This document shows positions 39,587-51,765 of a stretch of 64,000 nucleotides of DNA, one piece after another; position 1 is the first letter of the stretch; each line of letters begins with the position of its first letter. The notes below the pieces were generated by a model, which was given only the letters and a program-made list of their open reading frames with translations, was not told the origin of the DNA and made no database searches. The position numbers and the translations under genes are program-made. The DNA lies in contig CAVUPH010000010.1 in assembly GCA_963743305.1 (NCBI GenBank), forward strand, positions 32,001 to 96,000, in the 5' to 3' direction. This DNA is from an uncultured delta proteobacterium (GTDB taxonomy: Bacteria; Desulfobacterota; RBG-13-43-22).

Positions 39587-41491
39587 TTGAAGACTCTTTT
39601 TCTCGCTTTTTTGAATATCGGCCTGCTGCTCATTTTTATCAAACTGTTTCGGCAGCGGAACCTCCTTTCCTTCAACCAAGGGGGCCGGGTCTGGCTGACC
39701 TTTCTGGCGGTCGGGGTCATCACCCTGATGGACGAACTCACCTCGGTTTTTTATGCTCCTGCCGAGGCCTATCGTTTTATCGGTTTGAACGCCATTTTCT
39801 TCATTGCCGTCACCTCCCTGTTGATCCGGTTTCTATCCACCCGTCTGGTCGAAATCGCTGAAATCCTCGAGCATCACGGCCTGATCGGCGGCGGCGTTTA
39901 TTCCTTTTCGTATCTGGTGCTGGGCCCTTCGATTTCCTTCGTGGCCGTGGCCTCCATCATGGTCGATTATATCTTGACCGCCTGCATCTCTTCGGTCAGC
40001 GCGGTATTGAACAGTGTTTCCTTTTTTCCGGTCCTGTCTCAGTCTGCGCCCCTGCGGATCATCCTGGTCCTGGCCATCCTTTGGGCCATGGCCGGCTTGA
40101 ATATCCTGGGAATCAAGGAGAATGCCCGTTTTACCTTCATGATTTTCGTGCTGGCCGCCTTTGTCTTCCTGAATTTAATAACCTCCGGGGTCCTGTCACT
40201 GGATCCCCCCTCCTTAAATCGGCTGGAAACTTCGTTGGGCGAAGGGTTTTCTACCTTGTATCGAGGGTCGATCGTTAACAGCTATGACCATTTCATCTCC
40301 AGCGTGGCTTTCTGTATCCTGGCCTATTCCGGGGTGGAATCCGTTCTGCAAACCGCCGGGCTAGTCAAGAATTGGCGGGAAATACGCCGTTCCTATATCT
40401 TTCTAGCCCTGACCGTGGGTATCGTCACCCCCCTGGTAGCGGCCCTGGCCCTATCGGCCCCTATCGATTTTAAGGCCCACGAGGGGGATTTGATTACCCA
40501 TTACGCCACTTTGATCAACGGGGTGCCCTTTGGGGTTGCCGTGGCCTCTCTGGCTAGCTTCACCCTGATCATGGCCGTCAACACCGCCTTTGTGGCCTCG
40601 AGCGAACTCATCGAGCGGATCGCCCACCGGTACGGCTTTCTCTGGCTGATTAAGACCAACCGTCGCAATTCCCTGTATCGGATCCACTTGATCAACGCCT
40701 CCCTGTTTTCCACGATCATCTTCATTACTTCCGGCAGCCAGATGATCTTGGCCGACATGTACGCCATCGGCCTGGTGGCCAGTTTCTGCATCAACATGGG
40801 GGCCTTGATCATTTATCGGTACCTCAAGGGGACCAAAGAGGTTATCTCATATAATACCAGCCGCCTGGGGACCCTGATCATCTGGGTGATCATGGTCAGT
40901 TGCTTCATTTTTCTGGCCATCGACAAACCTCATGGTACTACCCTCTGGGCATCGGTGACCGGAGGGGTGCTCCTGACCGGGTTCCTGGTGGCTCGGCGCC
41001 GGGCACCGGAGCTGAAGGAAATTGCCAAGGCCGACAATGAAATGGCCATGGTCCTTTTCTTATCGCAAGAGGAAGACCCTGAAATCCATTTATTTTTCCG
41101 CCGTTCGGAAAAAGAAGGGGGACCGGTCCAAAAAAACGCGGCCTACCTGACCTTCTATTCCCCCCGGGCGGGGGCCCCATTCAAAGAGGCGGAAAATCAT
41201 TTTTTGTTCCCGCTAACCCGGATCAGTCTGTATCACCGCATGGTGAGCATTCTGAAAGTGGTGGAATACGAGTTTCCCCATCGACGGGTGTTCGTCCATT
41301 TCGGCTGGCCGCTCTCCTCCTGGGTGGATCGTCTGTCGATCGGGGTAATGGTCTTCAATCTAATGCGGCTGCCGCGGCTCTTTCCCCAATTTGCGTTTGA
41401 TATCACCTATAGCCAGAAATCCGTTGCGGCCCGTCAGGAACCCGAGGCCGTAGAGCACAGAGGAAATTCCGTAAAGAGGGGTCCAATATGA
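39587..41491 (+). CDS. APC-fold transporter, KimA/YdaO-like K+ transporter
   Basis: DELTSVFYAPAE, GGGVYSF, VDYILTACISSVSA and AYSGVES resemble KimA motifs; lies next to the kdp genes. Confidence 0.7.
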   Translation: MKTLFLAFLNIGLLLIFIKLFRQRNLLSFNQGGRVWLTFLAVGVITLMDELTSVFYAPAEAYRFIGLNAIFFIAVTSLLIRFLSTRLVEIAEILEHHGLIGGGVYSFSYLVLGPSISFVAVASIMVDYILTACISSVSAVLNSVSFFPVLSQSAPLRIILVLAILWAMAGLNILGIKENARFTFMIFVLAAFVFLNLITSGVLSLDPPSLNRLETSLGEGFSTLYRGSIVNSYDHFISSVAFCILAYSGVESVLQTAGLVKNWREIRRSYIFLALTVGIVTPLVAALALSAPIDFKAHEGDLITHYATLINGVPFGVAVASLASFTLIMAVNTAFVASSELIERIAHRYGFLWLIKTNRRNSLYRIHLINASLFSTIIFITSGSQMILADMYAIGLVASFCINMGALIIYRYLKGTKEVISYNTSRLGTLIIWVIMVSCFIFLAIDKPHGTTLWASVTGGVLLTGFLVARRRAPELKEIAKADNEMAMVLFLSQEEDPEIHLFFRRSEKEGGPVQKNAAYLTFYSPRAGAPFKEAENHFLFPLTRISLYHRMVSILKVVEYEFPHRRVFVHFGWPLSSWVDRLSIGVMVFNLMRLPRLFPQFAFDITYSQKSVAARQEPEAVEHRGNSVKRGPI

Positions 41492-42414
41492 GAATTAAAT
41501 CTTTTTTATTGTCCAGTCGTTTTAAAAGATTTAGATTTTATCGGTTGATCCTTTTAATGCCGGTCTTGCCGCTGATTTTGACCTGTCAGGGATCTGATCT
41601 GGATTTGAAAGACGTGGTCGGCATCCTGTCCAAAAAACTGGACATCTTGTCTCGGATGCAGATCAACCTCCTCCGGTCCGTTGAGGCCGAAAAGAACGCC
41701 GTAATGGCGGAGACCGACGAAGAATCCAAAACCTTCGCCGACCAATCCCTGAAGGCCGCGGATTTGGTGGAACGGGACCGTCGAGCAATCGGCCTGCTGA
41801 TGGACAAGGACCATTCCGATCAGGAATTGAAGCGGCTGCAGGAGTTCGACGGCTGCTGGGCGGAATTTCGAAAAACGGATCGGGAGCTCCTTGATTTTGC
41901 TGTTAAAAACACCAATCTCAAGGCCACCCGTCTTTCCTTTGGACCGGCCGAGGAGGCGGTGAGCCGTTTTGAAAAAGCGCTGAACATCCTGGTCTCCAAT
42001 AATCCGATCAGCCAGACGGACGGCCGTATCGCTAAGCTGGCCTGCCAAGCCCTGAGCGCCGGGTTAAAAATTCATTATCTCCAGGCCCCGCATATCGCCG
42101 CAGCCGATGATCAGCGGATGGATAAAATCGAAGCGTCCATCAAACAGCACGAGCAGGCGATTAATGAGTCTCTGAAAACCTTGAAGGGCCTGGTTGGTCC
42201 GGGGAAGCAGGAGGCCTACCAGGAAGCCAAGACCGCCTTCAAGGCGCTGGAGAAAATAACCACCCAAGTGATCGATCTATCCCGCCAGAATACCAATATC
42301 AAATCCTTCGAACTATCCCTCGGAAGGAAAAGGAAAATTAGCGCCCAATGCGGTGAGATCTTGGTCAGCCTGGAGGAAGCCGTAAAGGCCCGGGAATTCA
42401 AAGCCACCCGGTAA
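41488..42414 (+). CDS. exported tandem four-helix-bundle (chemoreceptor ligand-binding-like) protein without signalling domain
   Basis: Hydrophobic N-terminus ending LILTC, followed by two helical repeats (NTNLKA / NTNIKS). Confidence 0.6.
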   Translation: MRIKSFLLSSRFKRFRFYRLILLMPVLPLILTCQGSDLDLKDVVGILSKKLDILSRMQINLLRSVEAEKNAVMAETDEESKTFADQSLKAADLVERDRRAIGLLMDKDHSDQELKRLQEFDGCWAEFRKTDRELLDFAVKNTNLKATRLSFGPAEEAVSRFEKALNILVSNNPISQTDGRIAKLACQALSAGLKIHYLQAPHIAAADDQRMDKIEASIKQHEQAINESLKTLKGLVGPGKQEAYQEAKTAFKALEKITTQVIDLSRQNTNIKSFELSLGRKRKISAQCGEILVSLEEAVKAREFKATR

Positions 42415-42480
42415 TGAACTGCCTGATAATAAATTGCTTTTTATTGCAAAGATTATTTTTCGTAAAAGGGAAAAGACTCC

Positions 42481-43821
42481 ATGATGCCGGCCTTGAATAT
42501 CCTGATAGTGGATGATGAAGTCACCATTCGCAAGACCCTGGCGGTTTGCCTCGAGACCGAAGGGCACAAGGTTTTGGCCGTCAGCAATTTTCAGGATGCT
42601 TTAACGGAGACCGCACGGAGGTCTTTTGAACTGGCCTTGGTAGACCTGCGCCTCGGCACGGAAAACGGTTTGGATCTGATTCCGGCCTTACTGGCGCAAA
42701 CGCCCTGGCTTAAGATTGTCGTCATTACGGCCTACGCCTCCATCGATACGGCCATCGAGGCCATGCGGCGGGGGGCCACCGATTACCTTCCTAAACCGTT
42801 CACCCCCTCTCAAGTCAAACTGGCTGTTCAAAAAGTTGCCGACATGCGGGCTTTGGAGCAAAAGGTTGCCGCCTTGCAGGAAGACCTGGGCCGGTCAAGT
42901 CCCGAGGTAGAATTTTCCAGCACCAGTCCGGCTATGCAGCGGGTGGTCAACCTGGCCCGCCAGGCGGCGCCGTCCGAGGCCACCATCCTTTTGCGCGGAG
43001 AGAACGGGACCGGCAAAACCGTTCTGGCCCGGGTCATACATTCCTGGAGTAAGCGGGCGGCCAAACCGCTGGGCATTATTTCCTGTCCTTCTTTTTCCGC
43101 GGAATTGCTGGAGAGCGAACTCTTCGGGCATGTCAAGGGGGCTTTTACCGGGGCCGTTCGGGACAACCCGGGCCGGGTGGCCGCTTGCGCGGGCGGAACC
43201 CTCTTTCTCGACGAGATCGGGGATTTGCCCCTGGCCTTACAACCCAAGCTGTTGCGCTTCGTCCAGGAAAGGGAATATGAACGGGTTGGAGATACCGTCA
43301 CCCGAAAGGCCGATGTGCGTCTGATAACGGCTACCCACGTGGATTTGGAAAAGGCGGTGCAAGAGGGGCGGTTCCGGGAAGATCTCTTTTTCCGGCTTAA
43401 CGTGATTCCGATCGAAATCCCCCCCTTGCGGGAACGACCGGATGATATCACCATACTCGCCGAAAAATTATTGGCTTTTTATGGTCGGAACAATTACCGG
43501 GTCTTTGCCGGTTTTACCGAGGAAGCCTTGAAGGGACTTAAACAATACTCCTGGCCGGGAAACGTTCGGGAGTTGAGCAATCTCATCGAACGGACGGCCA
43601 TACTTTGTCAAACCGATCGCGTCGGCGTCGAGTGTCTCCCTCAAAATCTCAATCCCCATGAATCCCCGCCCGAAATAGGGGACTCCCTTACCCTGGAAAA
43701 AATCGAAGAACTGCACATCCGCAGAATCCTGGCCGCCACCCGATCACTGCAGGAAGCGGCCGACATCCTGGGTATCGATCAGGCCACCCTCTGGCGCCGC
43801 CGCAAGAAGTACGGGATCTGA
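42481..43821 (+). CDS. NtrC-family sigma54 response regulator
   Basis: Receiver domain, GENGTGKT, GAFTGA, FLDEI and HTH. Confidence 0.95.
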   Translation: MMPALNILIVDDEVTIRKTLAVCLETEGHKVLAVSNFQDALTETARRSFELALVDLRLGTENGLDLIPALLAQTPWLKIVVITAYASIDTAIEAMRRGATDYLPKPFTPSQVKLAVQKVADMRALEQKVAALQEDLGRSSPEVEFSSTSPAMQRVVNLARQAAPSEATILLRGENGTGKTVLARVIHSWSKRAAKPLGIISCPSFSAELLESELFGHVKGAFTGAVRDNPGRVAACAGGTLFLDEIGDLPLALQPKLLRFVQEREYERVGDTVTRKADVRLITATHVDLEKAVQEGRFREDLFFRLNVIPIEIPPLRERPDDITILAEKLLAFYGRNNYRVFAGFTEEALKGLKQYSWPGNVRELSNLIERTAILCQTDRVGVECLPQNLNPHESPPEIGDSLTLEKIEELHIRRILAATRSLQEAADILGIDQATLWRRRKKYGI

Positions 43822-43994
43822 GAACAACCCCCCTAATGTCTTTCTTGAGACTGCTGACAAAGGCGAGCACTTCTTTTTTCTCCTTCTTCAGTTTCACTCC
43901 TGATCTTGAAAAGATAACTATAGGGAACAACCTATTTTTGTCTTAAAGAGTTTTTTCTATCCGGGGGGTCACCTTTATCTTGCCCTCATCCACT

Positions 43995-44039
43995 TTGCAA
44001 TTTTCAAGGAATTTAGAAATCCGTTCTTGAAAATCGCAA
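43995..44039. promoter_or_regulatory. candidate paired enhancer sites
   Basis: TTGCAATTTTCAAG (43995-44008) and CTTGAAAATCGCAA (44026-44039) are inverted copies with one mismatch. Confidence 0.65.
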
Positions 44040-44101
44040 GATCCCAATTCGGCCTTATAACTAAACTATATTATTTTTCAATAGGTTATAGCCAAGAATT
44101 A

Positions 44102-44118
44102 TTGGCATATCCTTTGCT
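44102..44118 (+). promoter_or_regulatory. sigma54 (-24/-12) promoter
   Basis: TTGGCATATCCTTTGCT, near-consensus. Confidence 0.88.
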
Positions 44119-44142
44119 TTCTTTAATGGCGAGAGGAAGAAA

Positions 44143-44976
44143 ATGAGAAAACGTTTATTAACCCTGATTGTTTCGATCTTCGTACTGATGATCTTTGGCC
44201 TGCCAGCCCTGGCCCAAGAAAAGATCGAAGAGAAGGCGGCCGCCGAGCCGGCCGGCATGGTAAAAGAAGAACCCAAACCGTACTTCAGCGTCGCGGCGGC
44301 CGGATTAAGCCAGTATATCTGGCGCGGCTATGAGTTGAGCAAGAACAGCCTGGTGATTCAGCCCTCATTCACCGTCGGCTACCGGGGATTTGAGGCCAAC
44401 CTCTGGGGCAACTTGGACACCAACGACAATTACACCAAGGCCAATAAAGCCAATTGGAACGAAACCGACCTGACCCTTTCTTACACCCACGAGTTCGGAC
44501 CGGTGAAGCTGACTGGCGGATACATCTACTATGCCCTGGAAGGAGTGGACGATTCCCAGGAATTGTTCTTGAAGATTGGCGGAAATTTCCTCTTGTCCCC
44601 CACCCTGTCCATTTATCGGGAGATCGCCAATTATCCCGGCTGGTACCTGAACCTGGGCGTCAGTCATTCTATCAACCTAACCAAAGAAATCACGCTCGAC
44701 CTGGGCGCTTCGATCGGCTACCAAATTTCCGATACCGACAAAATTGTACAATATAATTCCCAACTGCTGCCCACCACCAATAAATACAACGCCCTGCACG
44801 ACGGGAATTTAATGATGGGGCTGACCATTCCTTTCGGCAAGTACTTTTCGGTCAAGCCGGTGGTGTACTACTCGCTCCCACTTTCGGATGACGCCAAGTA
44901 CCGCATCCAGGGAACCAGCCTGAGTAACAAATATGACTTTTTCTACGGCGGCGTCATTCTGACCGCCGCCTTTTAA
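44143..44976 (+). CDS. outer-membrane beta-barrel (TorF/Gcw_chp-like putative porin)
   Basis: Signal peptide, SQYIWRG, ETDLTLSY, alternating aromatic strands, terminal Phe. Confidence 0.75.
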   Translation: MRKRLLTLIVSIFVLMIFGLPALAQEKIEEKAAAEPAGMVKEEPKPYFSVAAAGLSQYIWRGYELSKNSLVIQPSFTVGYRGFEANLWGNLDTNDNYTKANKANWNETDLTLSYTHEFGPVKLTGGYIYYALEGVDDSQELFLKIGGNFLLSPTLSIYREIANYPGWYLNLGVSHSINLTKEITLDLGASIGYQISDTDKIVQYNSQLLPTTNKYNALHDGNLMMGLTIPFGKYFSVKPVVYYSLPLSDDAKYRIQGTSLSNKYDFFYGGVILTAAF

Positions 44977-45062
44977 AGAAAAAGGTGGCGAAATCCTTCT
45001 TGCAAACAAAAATCGTTGCCTTACAATAACTTAAATAAGGAATTAACCAAAAAAGAATAGCC

Positions 45063-46908
45063 ATGTTAGGTCTTCGCCAAAAAATATCTCTCGGCTTCGG
45101 TGGGCTGTTGATCATTATTTTATTTATCGGAATCCAGAGTATCATTCAACTCAGCCGACTGGGAGATTCCATCGATGTCATCCTGCGCGAAAACTACCGG
45201 AGCGTCATCGCCTGTCAGGAGATTAAAGAAGCCCTGGAACGTATTGACAGCGGAATCCTTTTTTCGCTTCAAGGATACACCCAAAAAGGCGACGAACAGA
45301 TTCGTATCAATGAACAGGCCTTTGAAAAGGCCCTTCAGGTGGAATTGAACAATATCACCCTTCCCGGTGAAGGTGAAAAGGCCGCGCTGCTGCAAAAGAA
45401 TTACAATCAATACAAAAGCTCCCTTAAGGATGTAGTGGGGAGTCCCCTTTCAATTGATCATCGTCGTCAGACTTATTTTAACGAATTCCTTCCTTTGTTC
45501 GATCGTATTAAAGGGACCGCCAACGAAATCCTTCAAATGAACCAGCAAAATATGCACGAAGCCAATGATCGGGCCCGCCGGAGTGCCGCTACGGCTAAAA
45601 GGGAGATGGTTTTTCTTTTATTGGCGGGAATGATCATCGCCGTAGGATTTTTATTTTTTTTCGGGAAATGGGTCTTGCGGCCTATTAACCGCCTGATCCA
45701 ATCTACCGATGAAATCCGAAAAGGAAACCTGGATCTGGTTGTCCAAAGCTCCTCCCGGGACGAGATCGGTCATCTTTCCCAAGCCTTTAATGACATGGCC
45801 ACCAGCCTCAGGGAGTTTCGCCGCTCGGATCAGGCCCATCTCATTCGGGTCCAGCAGGCCACACAGCAGGCCTTCAACAGCTTGCCGGAGGCGATAGCGG
45901 TTATCGATCTGGAGGGCAAGGTAGAGGTGGCCACCGAAACAGCCAGGAATTCCTTTGGACTCCATGCCGAACATCTCCCTTAGCGCCTTGCCCTTTGGAT
46001 GGATGGCGGAATTATACCAGGAGGCCATCAAGCAGGGCCGTACGGTAAATCTGAAAAACAGCCAAGGGGTCTTTCAGCATTTCATCCAGGGGGAAGAACG
46101 ATATTTTCATCCGGAGGCGGTTCCTATCCTCGACCGGGAGAGACAGCCCACCGGGGTGGTGATGGTCCTTCAGGACGTCACCCAGCTCCGGCAGCAGGAT
46201 GAGATAAAAAGAGGGATGATTTCGACCGTATCCCATCAACTGAAAACACCTCTGACCTCCATACGTATGGCCATCCACCTCCTGCTGGAAGAAAAAGTTG
46301 GACACCTTACCGAAAAACAGGTCGAACTACTTTTGGCCGCCCGGGAAGACAGCGACCGGCTGCATAATATCCTCCATAGTCTGCTGGATATCAGCCGTAT
46401 CGAATCGGGCAAGACCAGGATGGAATTTAGGGCGGTTTCCCCGAATTCTCTGCAAATGGAAGCCCTGGAACCTTTTTGGAGGGCATCCCACGACCAGGGG
46501 GTGACCTTACAAGTCGATATTCCCGGGGACTTACCCGACGTTTGGGCCGATCCGACCAGGATCTATTATGTCTTTGGCAATCTTCTTTCCAATGCCCTTA
46601 GATACACCCCGCCCGGCGGCATGATTACCTTCTCAGCCAGAGCGGAAGAAAAGGAGGTCCGTTTTTCCGTTACCGATACGGGAAAGGGAATTCCCAGTCA
46701 ATATCTCCCCAGGATCTTCGAACAATTCTTTCGTGTTCCTGATCAGGAAAAAGAATCGGGGGCCGGACTGGGTTTGTCTATTGTTAAAGAGATCATCGAA
46801 GCCCACGGGGGGACCGTGGGCGTGGAAAGTCAGGAAGGGAAAGGGAGCACCTTTATCTTTACCTTGAAAATGGTGGATCACCTATCGAAGGAGGAGGATC
46901 ATTCATGA
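45063..46908 (+). CDS. membrane sensor histidine kinase (4-helix bundle, HAMP, PAS-like), apparent frameshift near 45960
   Basis: TM-periplasmic-TM-HAMP in ORF 45063..45983; VSHQLKTP, NLLSNA, DTGKGI and GAGLGL in ORF 45955..46908. Confidence 0.88.
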
Positions 46909-46988
46909 TGGACGTGGTCTATATTATTATTTCAATCGGTTTTTTCGGCCTGTGTGTCCTGTACCTGCGGGCCTGTGAGAGGCTTTAA
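46905..46988 (+). CDS. 27-aa hydrophobic kdp-associated peptide
   Basis: MMDVVYIIISIGFFGLCVLYLRACERL*; GGAGG RBS; ATGA overlap with the kinase stop; ends 1 nt before kdpF. Confidence 0.75.
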   Translation: MMDVVYIIISIGFFGLCVLYLRACERL

Positions 46989-46989
46989 C

Positions 46990-47073
46990 ATGTCGGATAT
47001 TATTGGATTGATTATCGGGCTGATCCTGATCGTTTATCTCTTTATAACCGTTCTTCGGCCTGAAAAGTTTTGA
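46990..47073 (+). CDS. kdpF: K+-transporting ATPase subunit F
   Basis: MSDIIGLIIGLILIVYLFITVLRPEKF*, with the YL...L.PE.F signature, directly before kdpA. Confidence 0.9.
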   Translation: MSDIIGLIIGLILIVYLFITVLRPEKF

Positions 47074-47088
47074 AGAAGGGATAGAATC

Positions 47089-48892
47089 ATGGACCTTTAC
47101 GGATGGATTCAACTCACTCTCTTTATGGTGGTTCTTCTGGCACTGACCAAACCCATGGGCCTTTATCTGGTTCAGGTCATGGATGCCGAAGGCAAGACCT
47201 TTCTGGACCCGGTTCTACAGACCCTTGGAACGGGTCTTGTACCGGTTCTTTGGTCTGAACCCGAAAAAAGAACAGGACTGGAAAGGCTATACCTTTTCTT
47301 TGCTTTTGTTCAGCCTGGTCGGGTTATTGTTTACTTATGGGATCCTTCGCCTCCAGCACCTACTGCCCTTCAACCCCCAAGGCTTCGGGCCGGTTCCCGC
47401 CGACCTGGCCTTCAATACCGCGGTCAGTTTCACCACCAATACCAATTGGCAAAATTACGGTGGTGAATCAACCCTCTCCTATTTCTCCCAGATGGTGGGT
47501 CTGGTTTTTCATAACTTCGCCTCAGCCGCCGTGGGCCTGGCCGCAGCCGCGGCCCTGGTACGCGGCATTGCCCGACATTCGGCCAAAACGATCGGCAACT
47601 TCTGGGTCGATTTAATACGGGGAAACCTTTATCTGCTGCTGCCGATCAGCCTGGTATTGGCCGTCTTCTTGGTCTCACAGGGCATGATCCAGAACTTTAA
47701 GGCCTATGATTCGGCCAGGCTCATCGAACCCATGACCATCCAGGTACCTAAAAAGGACGCCGGCGGTCAGGAGATCAAAGATGCCCAGGGCAACCCGGTG
47801 ATGGAAGAGCAGAAGCTGACACAACAGACCCTTCCCCAGGGCCCGGTTGCCTCCCAGGTGGCCATTAAGATGCTGGGAACCAACGGCGGCGGTTTTTTCA
47901 ATGCCAATGCCGCCCATCCTTATGAGAACCCGACCCCTTTATCCAATTTTTTACAGATGCTTTCCATCTTTCTTATCCCCAGCGGCCTGACTTATTTTCT
48001 GGGCCGCATGGTCAAAAATCAGAAACATGGCTGGGCTGTCTGGAGCGCCATGACCATCCTTTTTCTCAGTGCCTTCCTGATCTGCTGGTGGGCGGAATCA
48101 GCCGGCAATCCGCGCCTCCAGGCCCTGGGCCTGGACCCGGTAAGCGGGAATATGGAAGGGAAGGAAGTCCGTTTCGGGATCTTCAACTCCGCCCTTTTCG
48201 CTTCTATCACCACCGACGCCTCTTGCGGGGCGGTCAATGCCATGCATGATTCCTTTACCCCCCTCGGAGGGTTGATTCCCCTTTTTAACATCCAGTTGGG
48301 CGAGGTCGTTTTCGGGGGCGTGGGGGCGGGACTGTATGGGATGCTGGTTTTCGTCATCCTGGCCGTATTCTTGACCGGTTTGATGGTCGGCCGCACACCC
48401 GAGTATCTCGGTAAAAAGATAGAACCCTACGATGTCAAGGTGAGCGTTCTGGCCCTGATGATCCTGATCTTCAGCATCCTCGGCTTCTCGGCCTGGGCCC
48501 TGGTCAGTAAATGGGGATTGGCCGGTTTGAACAACAGCGGTCCCCATGGGTTGAGCGAGATACTCTATGCCTACTCCTCGGCCACCGGCAATAACGGCAG
48601 CGCCTTTGCCGGACTGAGCGGTAATACCCCCTGGTACAACACCACCCTGGGTTTGGGCATGCTTTTCGGACGGTTTGTCATGCTGGTGCCGGTCATGGCC
48701 CTGGCCGGGAGTCTGGCCGGGAAAAAACTCGTTCCCTCATCCGGAGGAAGCTTTCCGGTCTGGGGATTGACCTTTACCCTCGTCCTGGTGGGTACGGTCG
48801 TAATCGTCGGGGCCTTGACCTTCCTTCCGGCCCTGGCTTTGGGTCCTATCGTCGAGCACTTTTTGATGACCGGATCAAAAATTCTTTTTTAA
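47089..48892 (+). CDS. kdpA: K+-transporting ATPase subunit A, apparent frameshift near 47218
   Basis: SFTTNTNWQ, LGTNGGG, MEGKEVRFG and NNGSAFAG. Confidence 0.95.
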
Positions 48893-48905
48893 AAGGCAAA
48901 GGATC

Positions 48906-50928
<2,023 letters not shown>

Positions 50929-51040
50929 CGTCAAAGCTGAAAGCTCAAAGGAAAACCTTTAAACCCATGAGCTCATGGCTCTATGCTCTTTGCCTTGCGC
51001 CTGGCGCCATGAAATTTGAAACGTTAAGAGGCTTGAAACC

Positions 51041-51625
51041 ATGAAAAACATTATTGCCGAACTTCGCATCGCCTTGCTGGCCACCTTATCCCTGGCGGTG
51101 ATTGTTTGCGGTCTTTATCCCCTGGCGGTCTGGGCTCTGTCCCAGGGATTATTCCCGGATAAGGCCAATGGCTCTTTGGTCAAGGAAAAGCAGGTGATCA
51201 GGGGATCGCGCCTTATCGCCCAGGGGTTTGACGATCCGAAATACTTTCATCCCCGTCCGTCAGCCGCCGGGCAAGGCTATGACGGTCTCAATTCCGGCGG
51301 CAGCAATCTCGGACCTCTTTCCAAGAAACTGAACGATAGCCTTAAAGAACGCCTGAGCCAATACCGTACCGAAAACAAACTTTCTCCGGATATCCTGATC
51401 CCGGCTGATGCCGTAACCGCCTCGGCCAGCGGCCTGGACCCGCACATCAGCATAAAAAATGCTAGGTTACAGGCCTCGCGTGTCGCCGCGGCCCGGGGTG
51501 TGGGAGATCAAACGGTTTTAAAACAGATTGAACATTACACCGAGGGCCGGGACATGGGAATCTTCGGTGAACCCCGGGTCAATGTCCTGATGGTGAATCT
51601 GGCCCTGGATCGCCTGACCCAATGA
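51041..51625 (+). CDS. kdpC: K+-transporting ATPase subunit C
   Basis: YFHPRPSA, SGGSNLGP, TASASGLDPHIS and GEPRVNVL. Confidence 0.95.
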   Translation: MKNIIAELRIALLATLSLAVIVCGLYPLAVWALSQGLFPDKANGSLVKEKQVIRGSRLIAQGFDDPKYFHPRPSAAGQGYDGLNSGGSNLGPLSKKLNDSLKERLSQYRTENKLSPDILIPADAVTASASGLDPHISIKNARLQASRVAAARGVGDQTVLKQIEHYTEGRDMGIFGEPRVNVLMVNLALDRLTQ

Positions 51626-51635
51626 GGATATTAAA

Positions 51636-51727
51636 TTGGACGCAGATTTTCGTTGATACCCGCAGATAACTATTCTATTAGCTCTTTATATTGAAAATCC
51701 TGGCAATCTGCGTTCATCTGCGTCCAA
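51636..51727. repeat. nested inverted repeat built from CGCAGAT units
   Basis: TTGGACGCAGAT (51636-51647) / ATCTGCGTCCAA (51716-51727); inner CGCAGAT (51661) / ATCTGCG (51706). Confidence 0.7.
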
Positions 51728-51765
51728 AATGCAAATCCCTTTACTGTCAAGATAGGATAAAGCTA

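Noticed and set aside
43852-43869. TGCT-GACAAAGGCG-AGCA, a possible ANTAR hairpin before a T-run
   Set aside because: Only one loop with an imperfect closing stem, and it lies upstream of the sigma54 promoter; not enough to call
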